Assembly (NCBI GenBank): GCA_022710585.1 | Contig: JAKLGV010000003.1 | Location: 67,308 to 131,307 of the forward strand | Direction of reading: 5' to 3' | Length of the DNA stretch: 64,000 bases | Origin: Deltaproteobacteria bacterium | Lineage (GTDB): Bacteria > Desulfobacterota > Syntrophia > Syntrophales > Smithellaceae | Shown: positions 9,162 to 17,796 of the stretch, piece after piece | How the letters are laid out: every line of letters starts with the position of its first letter | Position numbering within the stretch: position 1 is the first letter of the stretch | Notes under the pieces: model-generated | Database searches by the model: none | What the model saw: only the letters and a program-made list of their open reading frames with translations | Told to the model about the DNA's origin: nothing | Program-made: the position numbers and the translations under genes

Positions 9162-9518
9162 ATGAAAACATCATACTACTTCTCCAACAGGATCAGGGAG
9201 CCGGGTCTTAACCTGGTTTGCGTATCCAACAGCTACCCGCGACATCTCTTTTGGCTCAAAGATGCCAGGCAATACCGAAAGCTCTGTCCGGGCTGGTCTT
9301 TAGTGAAGGACTATAAACAGCATAAAATCTCTCGTCAGAACTACATTGAGATTTATCAGGAAGACATCTTGGATAAGCTCGATCCGGAAAAGGTCTATCA
9401 GGACCTCAGAGATGACGCTGTGATCCTTTGCTGGGAGAAGCCCGGAGCGTTCTGCCACAGAAGACTGATTGCAGAATGGATTTACGACCACCTGCAAATC
9501 AAAGTAAATGAACTGTAA
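9162..9518 (+). CDS. DUF488-family protein
   Basis: The C-terminal ILCWEKPGAFCHRRLIAEWI resembles the conserved DUF488 motif (C.E....CHR..la.wl). It is 118 aa. Confidence 0.5.
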   Translation: MKTSYYFSNRIREPGLNLVCVSNSYPRHLFWLKDARQYRKLCPGWSLVKDYKQHKISRQNYIEIYQEDILDKLDPEKVYQDLRDDAVILCWEKPGAFCHRRLIAEWIYDHLQIKVNEL

Positions 9519-9546
9519 ACATCTTAATAAAAAAGGAGGTGAAACA

Positions 9547-10083
9547 TTGACATCGGAATCCATCCTGAAAAAAGTCTATGCCAACAGGAACAACCAAAAG
9601 GCGAACACTCGGGAACAGTCCAATGAACCCATTTACAGGAAAGCGCGCTGCAGGGTCTGCCTCGTCAGGGAGAACAATGATCTGCCGCCGGTAAGAATCA
9701 ACAGCGCCAACAAGGTCTATGACCTGGTCAAGGATGAACTGGCCTCTTCCGACCGGGAGATCATGCTGTCCATCATGCTGGATACAGCATTGAACCTGAT
9801 CGGAATAGAAACGGTTGCCATCGGCAGCATCAATGTCTGCGGTTCGACCATATCGGAGGTCTTCAAGAGTGCCATTCTTAGCAACGCCAGCTGCATCATC
9901 CTCTGTCACAACCATCCGTCGGGATGTCTTGAACCCAGTGTTGAAGACATTGCCTTTACCAGGAATGCCATCAAGTGCGGCATCATGCTGAACATCCGGG
10001 TTCACGACCACCTGATCCTGTCCGACAGGGGGTTCTGGTCCATGAGCGAAAATGGACTGATCAAACCTTTAGCCAAGTCATAA
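9547..10083 (+). CDS. radC: RadC-like JAB/MPN domain protein
   Basis: The JAMM motif ILCHNHPSGCLEPSVEDIAFT is present, plus the downstream IRVHDHLIL. I prefer the TTG at 9547 because AGGAGG lies 7 nt upstream. The ORF track starts at 9508. Confidence 0.8.
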   Translation: MTSESILKKVYANRNNQKANTREQSNEPIYRKARCRVCLVRENNDLPPVRINSANKVYDLVKDELASSDREIMLSIMLDTALNLIGIETVAIGSINVCGSTISEVFKSAILSNASCIILCHNHPSGCLEPSVEDIAFTRNAIKCGIMLNIRVHDHLILSDRGFWSMSENGLIKPLAKS

Positions 10084-10118
10084 ATCAACCATTCAACCGA
10101 TCACAACAAGGACAGAAA

Positions 10119-10313
10119 ATGAAAGAGATCATTATCGATGTCTCTGAATCCGGAGAAATCCATATAGAGACAAAAGGCTTTACCGGCAAGTCATGTCTTG
10201 AGGAAAGCAAGTTCATAATCGACCTGCTCGGCAAGGAAACATCACAACAGCTTACCCCTGCGTACTATCAGGGAAAGCAGAAAACCAAAAAGTATCTGCA
10301 GTTGTGCGGATAA
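10119..10313 (+). CDS. DUF2997-like small protein
   Basis: MKEIIIDVSESGEIHIETKGFTGKSCLEESKFIIDLLG matches the remembered DUF2997 pattern. This family is the usual partner of DUF1257 and Ycf46-like AAA genes. The ATG at 10119 lies inside ORF 9975..10313. Confidence 0.55.
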   Translation: MKEIIIDVSESGEIHIETKGFTGKSCLEESKFIIDLLGKETSQQLTPAYYQGKQKTKKYLQLCG

Positions 10314-10351
10314 CATTATTCAACCAAATAAAAAAAGGAGGAAACAAAACA

Positions 10352-11239
10352 ATGAGCGAGTACGAAAAAGTATTTAAGAAAGCGTGCCTCATCCAGCTCA
10401 ACGCGTCCGTCTGGATGGGATCGAAGATGCTGGACCAGAGCCACATGAGCAAGGTCGCCCAGAACAGCGAGTGGTTAAGAGGAAGAAAGTTCCTGATCAA
10501 CCCGGAACTGCTGGGACCTCTGCACACCAGTTCGCATCAGTCCAGGGACCTGGTGAAGCGGTACAGCCTCCCCTTCCCTATTACAGGTCTGTACCTGATT
10601 CCGAAGGAAGCTCTCACCTACGTTGATGAGCGGCTGAAATACCAGAAGGAGAAGTACGAGGAAAAGGTCGATGCTTTCGTCGCCTGTTACGACCTGGCGA
10701 GAGATGAAGCCAAGCGCCACCTCGGAGAGCTGTTCAACGAAGCGGACTATCCGATGGACATTCGGTCCAAGTTCCGCTTCGACTGGAGATTCCTGGCCCT
10801 GGATGTTCCCACCAAAGGAAGCGTCCTGTCACCGGAAGTCTACGAGCGCGAAAAGCAGAAGTTCGAGTCCATGATGGATGAAGCAAGAGACCTCGCCGCC
10901 ATAACACTACGGGAGGAATTTGCGGACATCGTCAACGGACTGGTGGACAAGCTCGGCAGCAACAACGGCCAGCCCAGGACCGTCAAGAGCTCGATGTTCA
11001 ATAAGCTCCACGAGTTCGTCAACGACCTGGCGACCAAGAACATCTTTGATGACAAGAAGCTGATGGAGCTTGCGAAAACTGCGAAGGACACCATCAGCGG
11101 CATATCTCCATACGGTCTCAACTACAACGACCAGATGAAGAACAAGATCAGGACCTCCATGAAAGTCCTGAATGACGCCATCAACGATTCCATCGAGGAA
11201 CTGCCGAAGCGTAAGATCAGGCTGGCGCTTGCCGCATAG
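10352..11239 (+). CDS. hypothetical protein, possibly DUF3150-like
   Basis: The ATG at 10352 has AAGGAGG upstream. It encodes 295 aa with clean coding composition. The family guess rests only on overall pattern (N-terminal L.L..S.W.G.K.L, F.F.W). Confidence 0.5.
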   Translation: MSEYEKVFKKACLIQLNASVWMGSKMLDQSHMSKVAQNSEWLRGRKFLINPELLGPLHTSSHQSRDLVKRYSLPFPITGLYLIPKEALTYVDERLKYQKEKYEEKVDAFVACYDLARDEAKRHLGELFNEADYPMDIRSKFRFDWRFLALDVPTKGSVLSPEVYEREKQKFESMMDEARDLAAITLREEFADIVNGLVDKLGSNNGQPRTVKSSMFNKLHEFVNDLATKNIFDDKKLMELAKTAKDTISGISPYGLNYNDQMKNKIRTSMKVLNDAINDSIEELPKRKIRLALAA

Positions 11240-11596
11240 TCAGATCAGCGGACAGACCTTCAGGAAGAGAAGACATTTTTAGGGGTATTTTATAACCGGC
11301 ATGATTCGGAACATTCATCCGGCAAAGCATCCCCGATGCTTCAATCCTTGAAGTACCTGTTTAAATCAAAACCCGATTGGACAATTTAATACTGTGAGCC
11401 GGACCGATAGGCAGGTAAACGGGTTGCCTCGTCGCTATCGTCGCGCTCTTTGGGAGAGACAGGGACCGAGCAGTCTTTTGACCAGGCTGCCGCCTGTCTC
11501 TCCACCCCTTGAAACATTATTCACCTGATTCACATCAGGACTGAATCACAAACAATCAAACCATACAAAAAACAAACAAATAAAGGAGGATTTACA

Positions 11597-11971
11597 ATGA
11601 ACCAAATTATCTTGACAGGAAACCTGGGAGAAGATCCCAAAGAGTTCTTCACACCGGACGGAGTGGCCATAGCATCATTCCCGCTGGCGTTTCGGAGCGG
11701 CAAGGACAAGACCAGCTGGATTAAGGTCAGCTGCTACAACAAGCTGGCGGAACTTTCCCTTAAATGCCTGCACAAGGGAGCGCGTATCGGCATCAACGGC
11801 GTCATCGACCAGCAGAAGTGGACCGATGAGCACAACAACCCCAGAATGGGCTACCGTCTCATCGCCAACCAGATCGAGTTCATCAAGACGGACGGTCGCG
11901 GCTTCACCAAGGAGGAAGGCGCCGAAGCTGAGAACGAGAATGTCACAGCCCATGACGACGTACCCTTTTAA
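11597..11971 (+). CDS. ssb: single-stranded DNA-binding protein
   Basis: The OB-fold signature is present: MNQIILTGNLGEDPKEFFTPDGVAIASFPLAF...WIKVSCYNKLAE...GARIGINGVI. The acidic tail ends in DDVPF. Confidence 0.85.
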   Translation: MNQIILTGNLGEDPKEFFTPDGVAIASFPLAFRSGKDKTSWIKVSCYNKLAELSLKCLHKGARIGINGVIDQQKWTDEHNNPRMGYRLIANQIEFIKTDGRGFTKEEGAEAENENVTAHDDVPF

Positions 11972-12000
11972 ACAAGAGATAAAACATAAAGGAGCTGACC

Positions 12001-12993
12001 ATGAACACCAATGAAATAGCAAAACGAAACGACAAGTCCGAAAAGCTGAAAGTCTTCAGGCTCCAGGACGGCCAGTTCTATGTGGAATCGGCAGAAGGAA
12101 AGATCTGTTACAAGGTTGTCATCGGCAACGGGACGAAGTCCTGTTCCTGCGCCGACTATACGACCAGAATAGAGAAAGATCCCACCTTCCTGTGCAAGCA
12201 TATCCTGGCGGTCATCAACGGCAACGGCAACATCAGGAATGTTGATATTGCCGGACAGGGCAAGCCCCGGCTCGATGAAAGATTCATCAAAATCATCGAC
12301 GGGAAGGAATTTGCCCTTTATGCGGGGCTGTTGGACCTCGCCCACCAGAACCATCTGGCCGGCATAGAAGTCGAGCTCGTGCAGTACCCTGCCAAAGACA
12401 ATGAGCACACGGCCGTCTGCAGGGCGACGATCAGCACGGAATCGGCTGGTCCCTATATTGATTTCGGGGATGCCAATCCCGTGAACTGCAACTCCAAAGT
12501 GGCCAAGCATCTCATCAGGATGGCCTCAACAAGGGCAAAGGCACGGGCGCTCAGAGACCTGACCAACGTGGGAATCACGGCCCTCGAGGAGCTCGGCGAT
12601 CTGAACGACGTGGCGGAAGATGATTCCAGATCCAGATTCAAATCGCGCAAGGAAGCTAAACCGGAACAGTTTAAAGGAGGACCAACGACCGATGACCGGA
12701 AAGAAGAAAAGAAACAGACTGCCAAGACGGCTGAAGCAGAACGGAAACCTTCAGATCCAGAAGATAAAACCGCCGGAGAGAAGAAGAAAGATCCGAAAGC
12801 TTCAGATTCCGCGGCTGCGAAAGCAAAACCGTCAACTGCCCAGGTCAAAGCCATCGAAAGCCTTGCCGAGAGAAGAGGCATCAACGGGGAACAGTTAGTG
12901 AAGATATTCACCGACAAGTTCAATAAGCCATACGTTGAAATCAGTGCCGATGAAGCCAAGAACTTCATCAACTATCTTCAACATGCGGCTTAA
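12001..12993 (+). CDS. SWIM zinc-finger protein with a possible phage-type recombination (SSAP-like) core and a K/E/P-rich linker
   Basis: The SWIM motif is CSCADYTTRIEKDPTFLCKHILAV. The central IRMASTRAKARALRDLTNVG resembles the K.A.T.A..RALR..G.G helix of Rad52/Sak-type annealing proteins, but this is weak. Confidence 0.55.
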   Translation: MNTNEIAKRNDKSEKLKVFRLQDGQFYVESAEGKICYKVVIGNGTKSCSCADYTTRIEKDPTFLCKHILAVINGNGNIRNVDIAGQGKPRLDERFIKIIDGKEFALYAGLLDLAHQNHLAGIEVELVQYPAKDNEHTAVCRATISTESAGPYIDFGDANPVNCNSKVAKHLIRMASTRAKARALRDLTNVGITALEELGDLNDVAEDDSRSRFKSRKEAKPEQFKGGPTTDDRKEEKKQTAKTAEAERKPSDPEDKTAGEKKKDPKASDSAAAKAKPSTAQVKAIESLAERRGINGEQLVKIFTDKFNKPYVEISADEAKNFINYLQHAA

Positions 12994-13126
12994 GCTTTAA
13001 ATCAATCTAATCAATATAGGCGGGGTCTGAGATACGAATATTGATCTGTGTCCGGGCCTCGCCGCTTAATATCAATACAAATCAACAATACATAACCAAT
13101 ATCAATAATCAAGGAGACTAAATAGC

Positions 13127-13936
13127 ATGACACTGGAAGAACTGAGAAAAGGCCCTCACCTGAGTGCTTCGTCCATAGAATCGTATATCGAGTGCAGTCT
13201 GAGTTACCGGTTTTCCAGAATAGACCACCTGAAACCGGAATTTAAGTCAGACAATATGGAATTTGGAAGCTGCATCCATCAGGCTCTGGCCGATTTCCAC
13301 CAGGAGAGGATGACGGGAACTATTTTAACCAGGGACCAATTACAGGAAAGATTCATCTATCATTGGACTATCCGGGCATCGGATAATGCTGAAATCAAAT
13401 ACAGCAAGGAAAACAGTTTTAAAAGTCTGATGGAAATGGGCAAAGCTTTATTGGAAACTTACCATGACAGCTTTTCCGATCATCATTTGACTGTATTGGC
13501 CATAGAAGAACCGTTCAGTTTTACAATAGAAGATCTGCCGATACCTATAGTTGGCGTTATGGATCTGGTCGAAGAAGATGAACAGGACAATATCATTATT
13601 ACGGATTTCAAGTCGGCGGCAAAATCTTATACCGAAAAGGAAGTAAGTAAAAATCCGCAGCTGACTATTTATCAAATGGCTTCCAGATACAATGGTTACC
13701 ATGACAGAAACATCATTCTAAAACTGGATTGTATGATCAAGACAAAAATAGCCCAGTTCAAAAGGTACTATACGGCAAGAACCAGATTGGACGAGATAAA
13801 AGCTGAAAAGAAAATAATCCGGGTCTGGAAAGGTGTAACCAAGGGGGTATTCATCCCCAATGATACCAGCTGGAAATGCAATGAATGCTTCTACAAGACA
13901 GCTTGTAACGATTGGTACAAGGAAGAAGCTGCGTAG
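13127..13936 (+). CDS. PD-(D/E)XK nuclease, Cas4/RecB-exonuclease-like
   Basis: Motifs seen: the N-terminal LSASSIESYIECSLSYRF, the core GVMDLVEED...IIITDFKS, QLTIYQ, and a C-terminal Cys cluster WKCNECFYKTACNDW (Fe-S type). Confidence 0.7.
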   Translation: MTLEELRKGPHLSASSIESYIECSLSYRFSRIDHLKPEFKSDNMEFGSCIHQALADFHQERMTGTILTRDQLQERFIYHWTIRASDNAEIKYSKENSFKSLMEMGKALLETYHDSFSDHHLTVLAIEEPFSFTIEDLPIPIVGVMDLVEEDEQDNIIITDFKSAAKSYTEKEVSKNPQLTIYQMASRYNGYHDRNIILKLDCMIKTKIAQFKRYYTARTRLDEIKAEKKIIRVWKGVTKGVFIPNDTSWKCNECFYKTACNDWYKEEAA

Positions 13937-14025
13937 ATGACAATCAAAGAATGAAAACAGAAAAACAACCAATCAATTAACCGGTTAACAAGCAATCACA
14001 ACAATTAACCAAAGGAGGTTCGGAG

Positions 14026-15885
14026 GTGATGGATAAAAGGCCTCAACTGAATGAGCAGCAAAGAAGAGCGGCAAGCTTCGGAAATGGAGTAGCATCAGTA
14101 CTTGCGATTCCCGGGTCGGGAAAGACACTTACCATGACCCACCGGATCGGCAATCTGATCCGGAAGCACGGCGTAGCTCCGGAAAACATCCTGGGACTGA
14201 CGTTTACCCGGAATGCTGCCGCGGCCATGAAAACAAGACTGGAACCCGTGCTGAACAAGATGACGAAACGTGTCCAGCTGCAGACCATGCATGCCTTCTG
14301 CTATTCCCTTTTGAAGAATGAAGGCAGGACGTTTGAGATCATTACCGAGAAGGACCAGCTGACCTTGATCAAGAAGCTGGCCAAGAAAGAAAACATCGGA
14401 AAGATTCCCAGCGGCATGATCGTCAGAGAGATCGGACTGGCCAAGAACAATCTGATCACCTGGTCTGAATTCAAGGAAATATACCAGGGCGACCTGATGA
14501 TGATGAAGATCGGTCACATCTACATGTCCTATGAAGAGTCCAAGAGAAAGAACCTTCAGCTGGACCTGAATGACCTTCTGATGGAGGCCTATAAGCTCCT
14601 GAAAGAAAACACTTCAGTCAGAAAAAAGTATCAGGAGCAATATTCGCATATCCTTGTGGATGAGTTCCAGGACACCAATCCAGCCCAGATGGGGATATTG
14701 CAGTTACTGGTATCCGGGAGGAACGGAGACACCAGTTTCTGGGTCTGCGGAGATGACTGGCAGAGTATCTATGCTTTTACGGGAGCATCCGTCGGCAATA
14801 TCCTGAACTTCAAGGACATGTTCAAGAACTCCAAGCAGTTTATCCTGGATATGAACTACCGTTCCACACCGGAAATCCTGAACGTCTGTCAGAAGCTGAT
14901 CGCCCATAATACCCGGAAGATCGAAAAGACATTAAGAACTCAAAACTCCAAGGGAGAAGGAGTCGTAGCTCTGTGCGGTGTCAACGAGGAAGACGAATCT
15001 TTACAGATCGTCAACGAGATCAAGGATCTTCTGGAAAACAGGGGCTATGGCTACAGGGATATTGCCGTTTTATACAGGGCCAACTGTCAGAGCAGGATCA
15101 TAGAGGAGGCTTTCTCCAAATTTAAGGTTCCCTATCATGTGGAAAACGGCATGAGCTTCTACCAGAGACATGAGGTAAAGACCTTGCTGGAGTATCTGAG
15201 ATTTATAGACGGTCCTGATTCTGAAGAAGGAGACGATGCTTTAAGAAAAATAATAAACGTACCTAACCGTTACATCGGGAGGAGCTTTATGACAGTTCTG
15301 GAAGAGCAGGCGTCGGCAAAGGACAAACACCTTTATCAGGCACTGAAGACCATGAAGATCGAAGTGCCGTATCTGAGAAAGTACATCAAGCAGTTTATAG
15401 AGATCATTGATCCATTGATAAGGGACAAATCTCAGTTGGAACCTGCCGAGCTCATCGGAATCCTGAGGGAAGCCCTGGAGTATGACCGTTATATAACGGA
15501 TGAAGACATCCCCAGCCCGGATGATGAGAAGATCGCCAATATCAATCAGCTGCAGCTTGCAGCAACCCGTTACAGTGACATCCGGTCATTGTTGAACTAC
15601 ACGGGCAGTTTCAGGGATGAAACATCTAATGACAGGAATGGTGTCAGCCTAATGACCATTCACAAAGCCAAGGGACTGGAGTTTCCAATCGTGTTCGTCA
15701 CCGGACTGATAGAGGGCATGCTGCCTCATAAGAACGGTGACCTGGAAGAGGAAAGAAGAATTGCCTTTGTAGGCATTTCCAGGGCGATGAAGCAGTTGTA
15801 CCTGACCTGTTCTGCAACTTATGCAGGCAGGCCGGTCAAGCGTTCACCGTTTCTGGAGGAGATGCTGTCGGGAAAGGTTGAATGA
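14026..15885 (+). CDS. UvrD/Rep/PcrA-family (SF1) DNA helicase
   Basis: Motifs seen: motif I AIPGSGKTLT, motif II LVDEFQDTNPAQ, YRS at motif IV, and C-terminal TIHKAKGLEF and VGISRA. The start could be the GTG at 14026 or the ATG at 14029. Confidence 0.9.
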   Translation: MMDKRPQLNEQQRRAASFGNGVASVLAIPGSGKTLTMTHRIGNLIRKHGVAPENILGLTFTRNAAAAMKTRLEPVLNKMTKRVQLQTMHAFCYSLLKNEGRTFEIITEKDQLTLIKKLAKKENIGKIPSGMIVREIGLAKNNLITWSEFKEIYQGDLMMMKIGHIYMSYEESKRKNLQLDLNDLLMEAYKLLKENTSVRKKYQEQYSHILVDEFQDTNPAQMGILQLLVSGRNGDTSFWVCGDDWQSIYAFTGASVGNILNFKDMFKNSKQFILDMNYRSTPEILNVCQKLIAHNTRKIEKTLRTQNSKGEGVVALCGVNEEDESLQIVNEIKDLLENRGYGYRDIAVLYRANCQSRIIEEAFSKFKVPYHVENGMSFYQRHEVKTLLEYLRFIDGPDSEEGDDALRKIINVPNRYIGRSFMTVLEEQASAKDKHLYQALKTMKIEVPYLRKYIKQFIEIIDPLIRDKSQLEPAELIGILREALEYDRYITDEDIPSPDDEKIANINQLQLAATRYSDIRSLLNYTGSFRDETSNDRNGVSLMTIHKAKGLEFPIVFVTGLIEGMLPHKNGDLEEERRIAFVGISRAMKQLYLTCSATYAGRPVKRSPFLEEMLSGKVE

Positions 15886-15956
15886 AGAGAGATGCGCCGG
15901 TAGCCGCTGTAAAAAGCGGTGCCGGTTGCGTCTGTGAGTGAAAGAAATTACATTTT

Positions 15957-16367
15957 TTATTTGCCATCGCTTGCCACTGTCCTGTAGAGATATGTCCCTT
16001 TTTCAGGTTCGCGAATATTGAAAACTTTTAAGTAAAATTCCATTTTGTCAGTGCTGATTGGCTCATAACTGGGATTAAAAACTGTAATCAAATCTAATTT
16101 TTCATTGGAGTCTAAGAAGAACTCTCCCTGGATATAGTGAATGCTATTGGAAGATAGATCCGCGACTATTTTTAGAGCTTCTTCATAAGTGGCTGAAGAA
16201 GTTCGCATCACAACGTTGAATAATCTGCCTCCTTCATCGGCGCCTAAGCAATGGATGGAGATTTCACAACCAGTTGCGCGGCCATCTTCTCCAACCTCAC
16301 CCATTCCTTCAAATATTTCATTATAGATGACCTTAACCACCAACGATATGGTCGAACTATAGTTCAT
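15957..16367 (-). CDS. hypothetical protein (third gene of the AT-rich cassette)
   Basis: It is a 136-aa ORF, AT-rich, co-directional with the two upstream genes. No motif recognised. Confidence 0.45.
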   Translation of the reverse strand: MNYSSTISLVVKVIYNEIFEGMGEVGEDGRATGCEISIHCLGADEGGRLFNVVMRTSSATYEEALKIVADLSSNSIHYIQGEFFLDSNEKLDLITVFNPSYEPISTDKMEFYLKVFNIREPEKGTYLYRTVASDGK

Positions 16368-16414
16368 AGTGTGAAACCTATGCTTAATATTTGGAAGCTC
16401 ACAGTCTTCTGGCC

Positions 16415-16876
16415 TTAGAAATCAACGGTTCTTATTGAAATTGGATATGATAGTTTTACTGGAGTTATGTTGTTTCCTGTGATGAGGAATATCTCTATGT
16501 GAGCACCGTCCAGTTGGATTTGTTCGATATTTAATTCCCATTCCCTGAAGGCGTCTGGATCCCAGCTATCGAAGATCAAAACGGCAACTTTTGTCGTAGT
16601 CTTACAATGCCCTTGCATATGCTGTACAAGCAATTCCAGAGCCTTCCTGAAACTAAGATGCCGACCCCGCTGTGAAAGATATTGACCTGATGTAAGAGAT
16701 ATAAAAAATGCCTCTCGACAACATATATTGGTTGGAAAACCTGGATAACAATTGACAAGCCCTGAATTTGCGCCCACCAATTCCACAAGATCATCTGGAG
16801 TGATTTGGCATGCTTCCTCAGTTTTACACTTTTTTATGCGATCTAAAAATATTTTCAGTAACTGCCGAAAAATCAT
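16415..16876 (-). CDS. hypothetical protein (second gene of the AT-rich cassette)
   Basis: It is a 153-aa ORF that starts 2 nt after the stop of the UDG-like gene. No motif recognised. Confidence 0.45.
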   Translation of the reverse strand: MIFRQLLKIFLDRIKKCKTEEACQITPDDLVELVGANSGLVNCYPGFPTNICCREAFFISLTSGQYLSQRGRHLSFRKALELLVQHMQGHCKTTTKVAVLIFDSWDPDAFREWELNIEQIQLDGAHIEIFLITGNNITPVKLSYPISIRTVDF

Positions 16877-16878
16877 AA

Positions 16879-17613
16879 TTACGGTTCATCTTGTCCCTCC
16901 CTTTGGCCATAATTCACCAAAAAATACTTTGCAAATGCATCCCATGATTCATCCGCCTTAGTTTTATATACATTGTATCCCGGAGGTGATGGATGGAAAA
17001 TATACCGGCAATTTATACCTAATGATTTTAACCTATTTCTTGCCTTGCACCCTACCGCCACCCAACAGGCATCTTTTAACAGTTTATATTGTTCCAACAA
17101 ATATCGTTTTCCACATTCATCTTCAACTTCTTTCGGCATAGTGCCAGTACTATTTTGACCTTTGCCAAATCTTGCCTTATCTTCAACTGGCGGGACTGAA
17201 CACAAAACGGATTCCGTTATCCACGCATGTTTCTTTACTTCTTCAAAGTCTTTGATATTTGGAAAACACGAAGTTACAATTCTTCTGATATTTTTATGAA
17301 ACAGGGACGTCTTTTCCTGGTTAGGGTCATTATTTTCAAATGTAACATATTTATTGTGTTGCTCTAACATACTATCAATGTCACCTTTATCGTAATGCTC
17401 TTTACTACCGGGCGTTCCTGGTTCTGCTAATACTAAAACAAGTTTTATATCCTTTATCTCACCTGTTGCTCCACAAAAACCTCTTGGCACATGACCTTTT
17501 TCCGGGTTCCATACAATACCATTCTTTCCGCAGGCACAGCTATTTTTTAAACTCTCACAAGGCCTATATGCTTCCTTAATAATATCAGCCAACTCTTTAT
17601 TCATTTTTGGCAT
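16879..17613 (-). CDS. uracil-DNA glycosylase superfamily protein (divergent)
   Basis: A motif-A-like LVLAEPGTPG lies at 17407-17430 and a motif-B-like IFHPSPPG at about 16979-16999, at the spacing expected for the UDG fold. An N-terminal Cys cluster is present. AGGAGGA lies upstream of the ATG. Confidence 0.55.
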   Translation of the reverse strand: MPKMNKELADIIKEAYRPCESLKNSCACGKNGIVWNPEKGHVPRGFCGATGEIKDIKLVLVLAEPGTPGSKEHYDKGDIDSMLEQHNKYVTFENNDPNQEKTSLFHKNIRRIVTSCFPNIKDFEEVKKHAWITESVLCSVPPVEDKARFGKGQNSTGTMPKEVEDECGKRYLLEQYKLLKDACWVAVGCKARNRLKSLGINCRYIFHPSPPGYNVYKTKADESWDAFAKYFLVNYGQREGQDEP

Positions 17614-17796
17614 GCTTATATCCTCCTGATAATAAACTATAACTATTCTATTACTCCATTCTGCCTATTCCGCTGATTTCGCCATATGATTCCGAAGGAA
17701 TCCGCCATGCAGTTCCGGGGGATGTCGCCACCCTGTTCCGGATCATGTCGCCACCCCTTGGGTCGGAGCGAAGCGACGCTGGTTTTTAGTTGTTTG

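Noticed and set aside
9499-10011. A 170-aa minus-strand ORF over the RadC gene, and similar antisense ORFs at 7051-7722, 11968-12510, 12453-12971 and 14095-14517
   Set aside because: Each overlaps a plus-strand gene with strong motifs (AAA+, JAB, SWIM, UvrD-type) inside a tightly packed co-directional operon. None has an SD or a motif.
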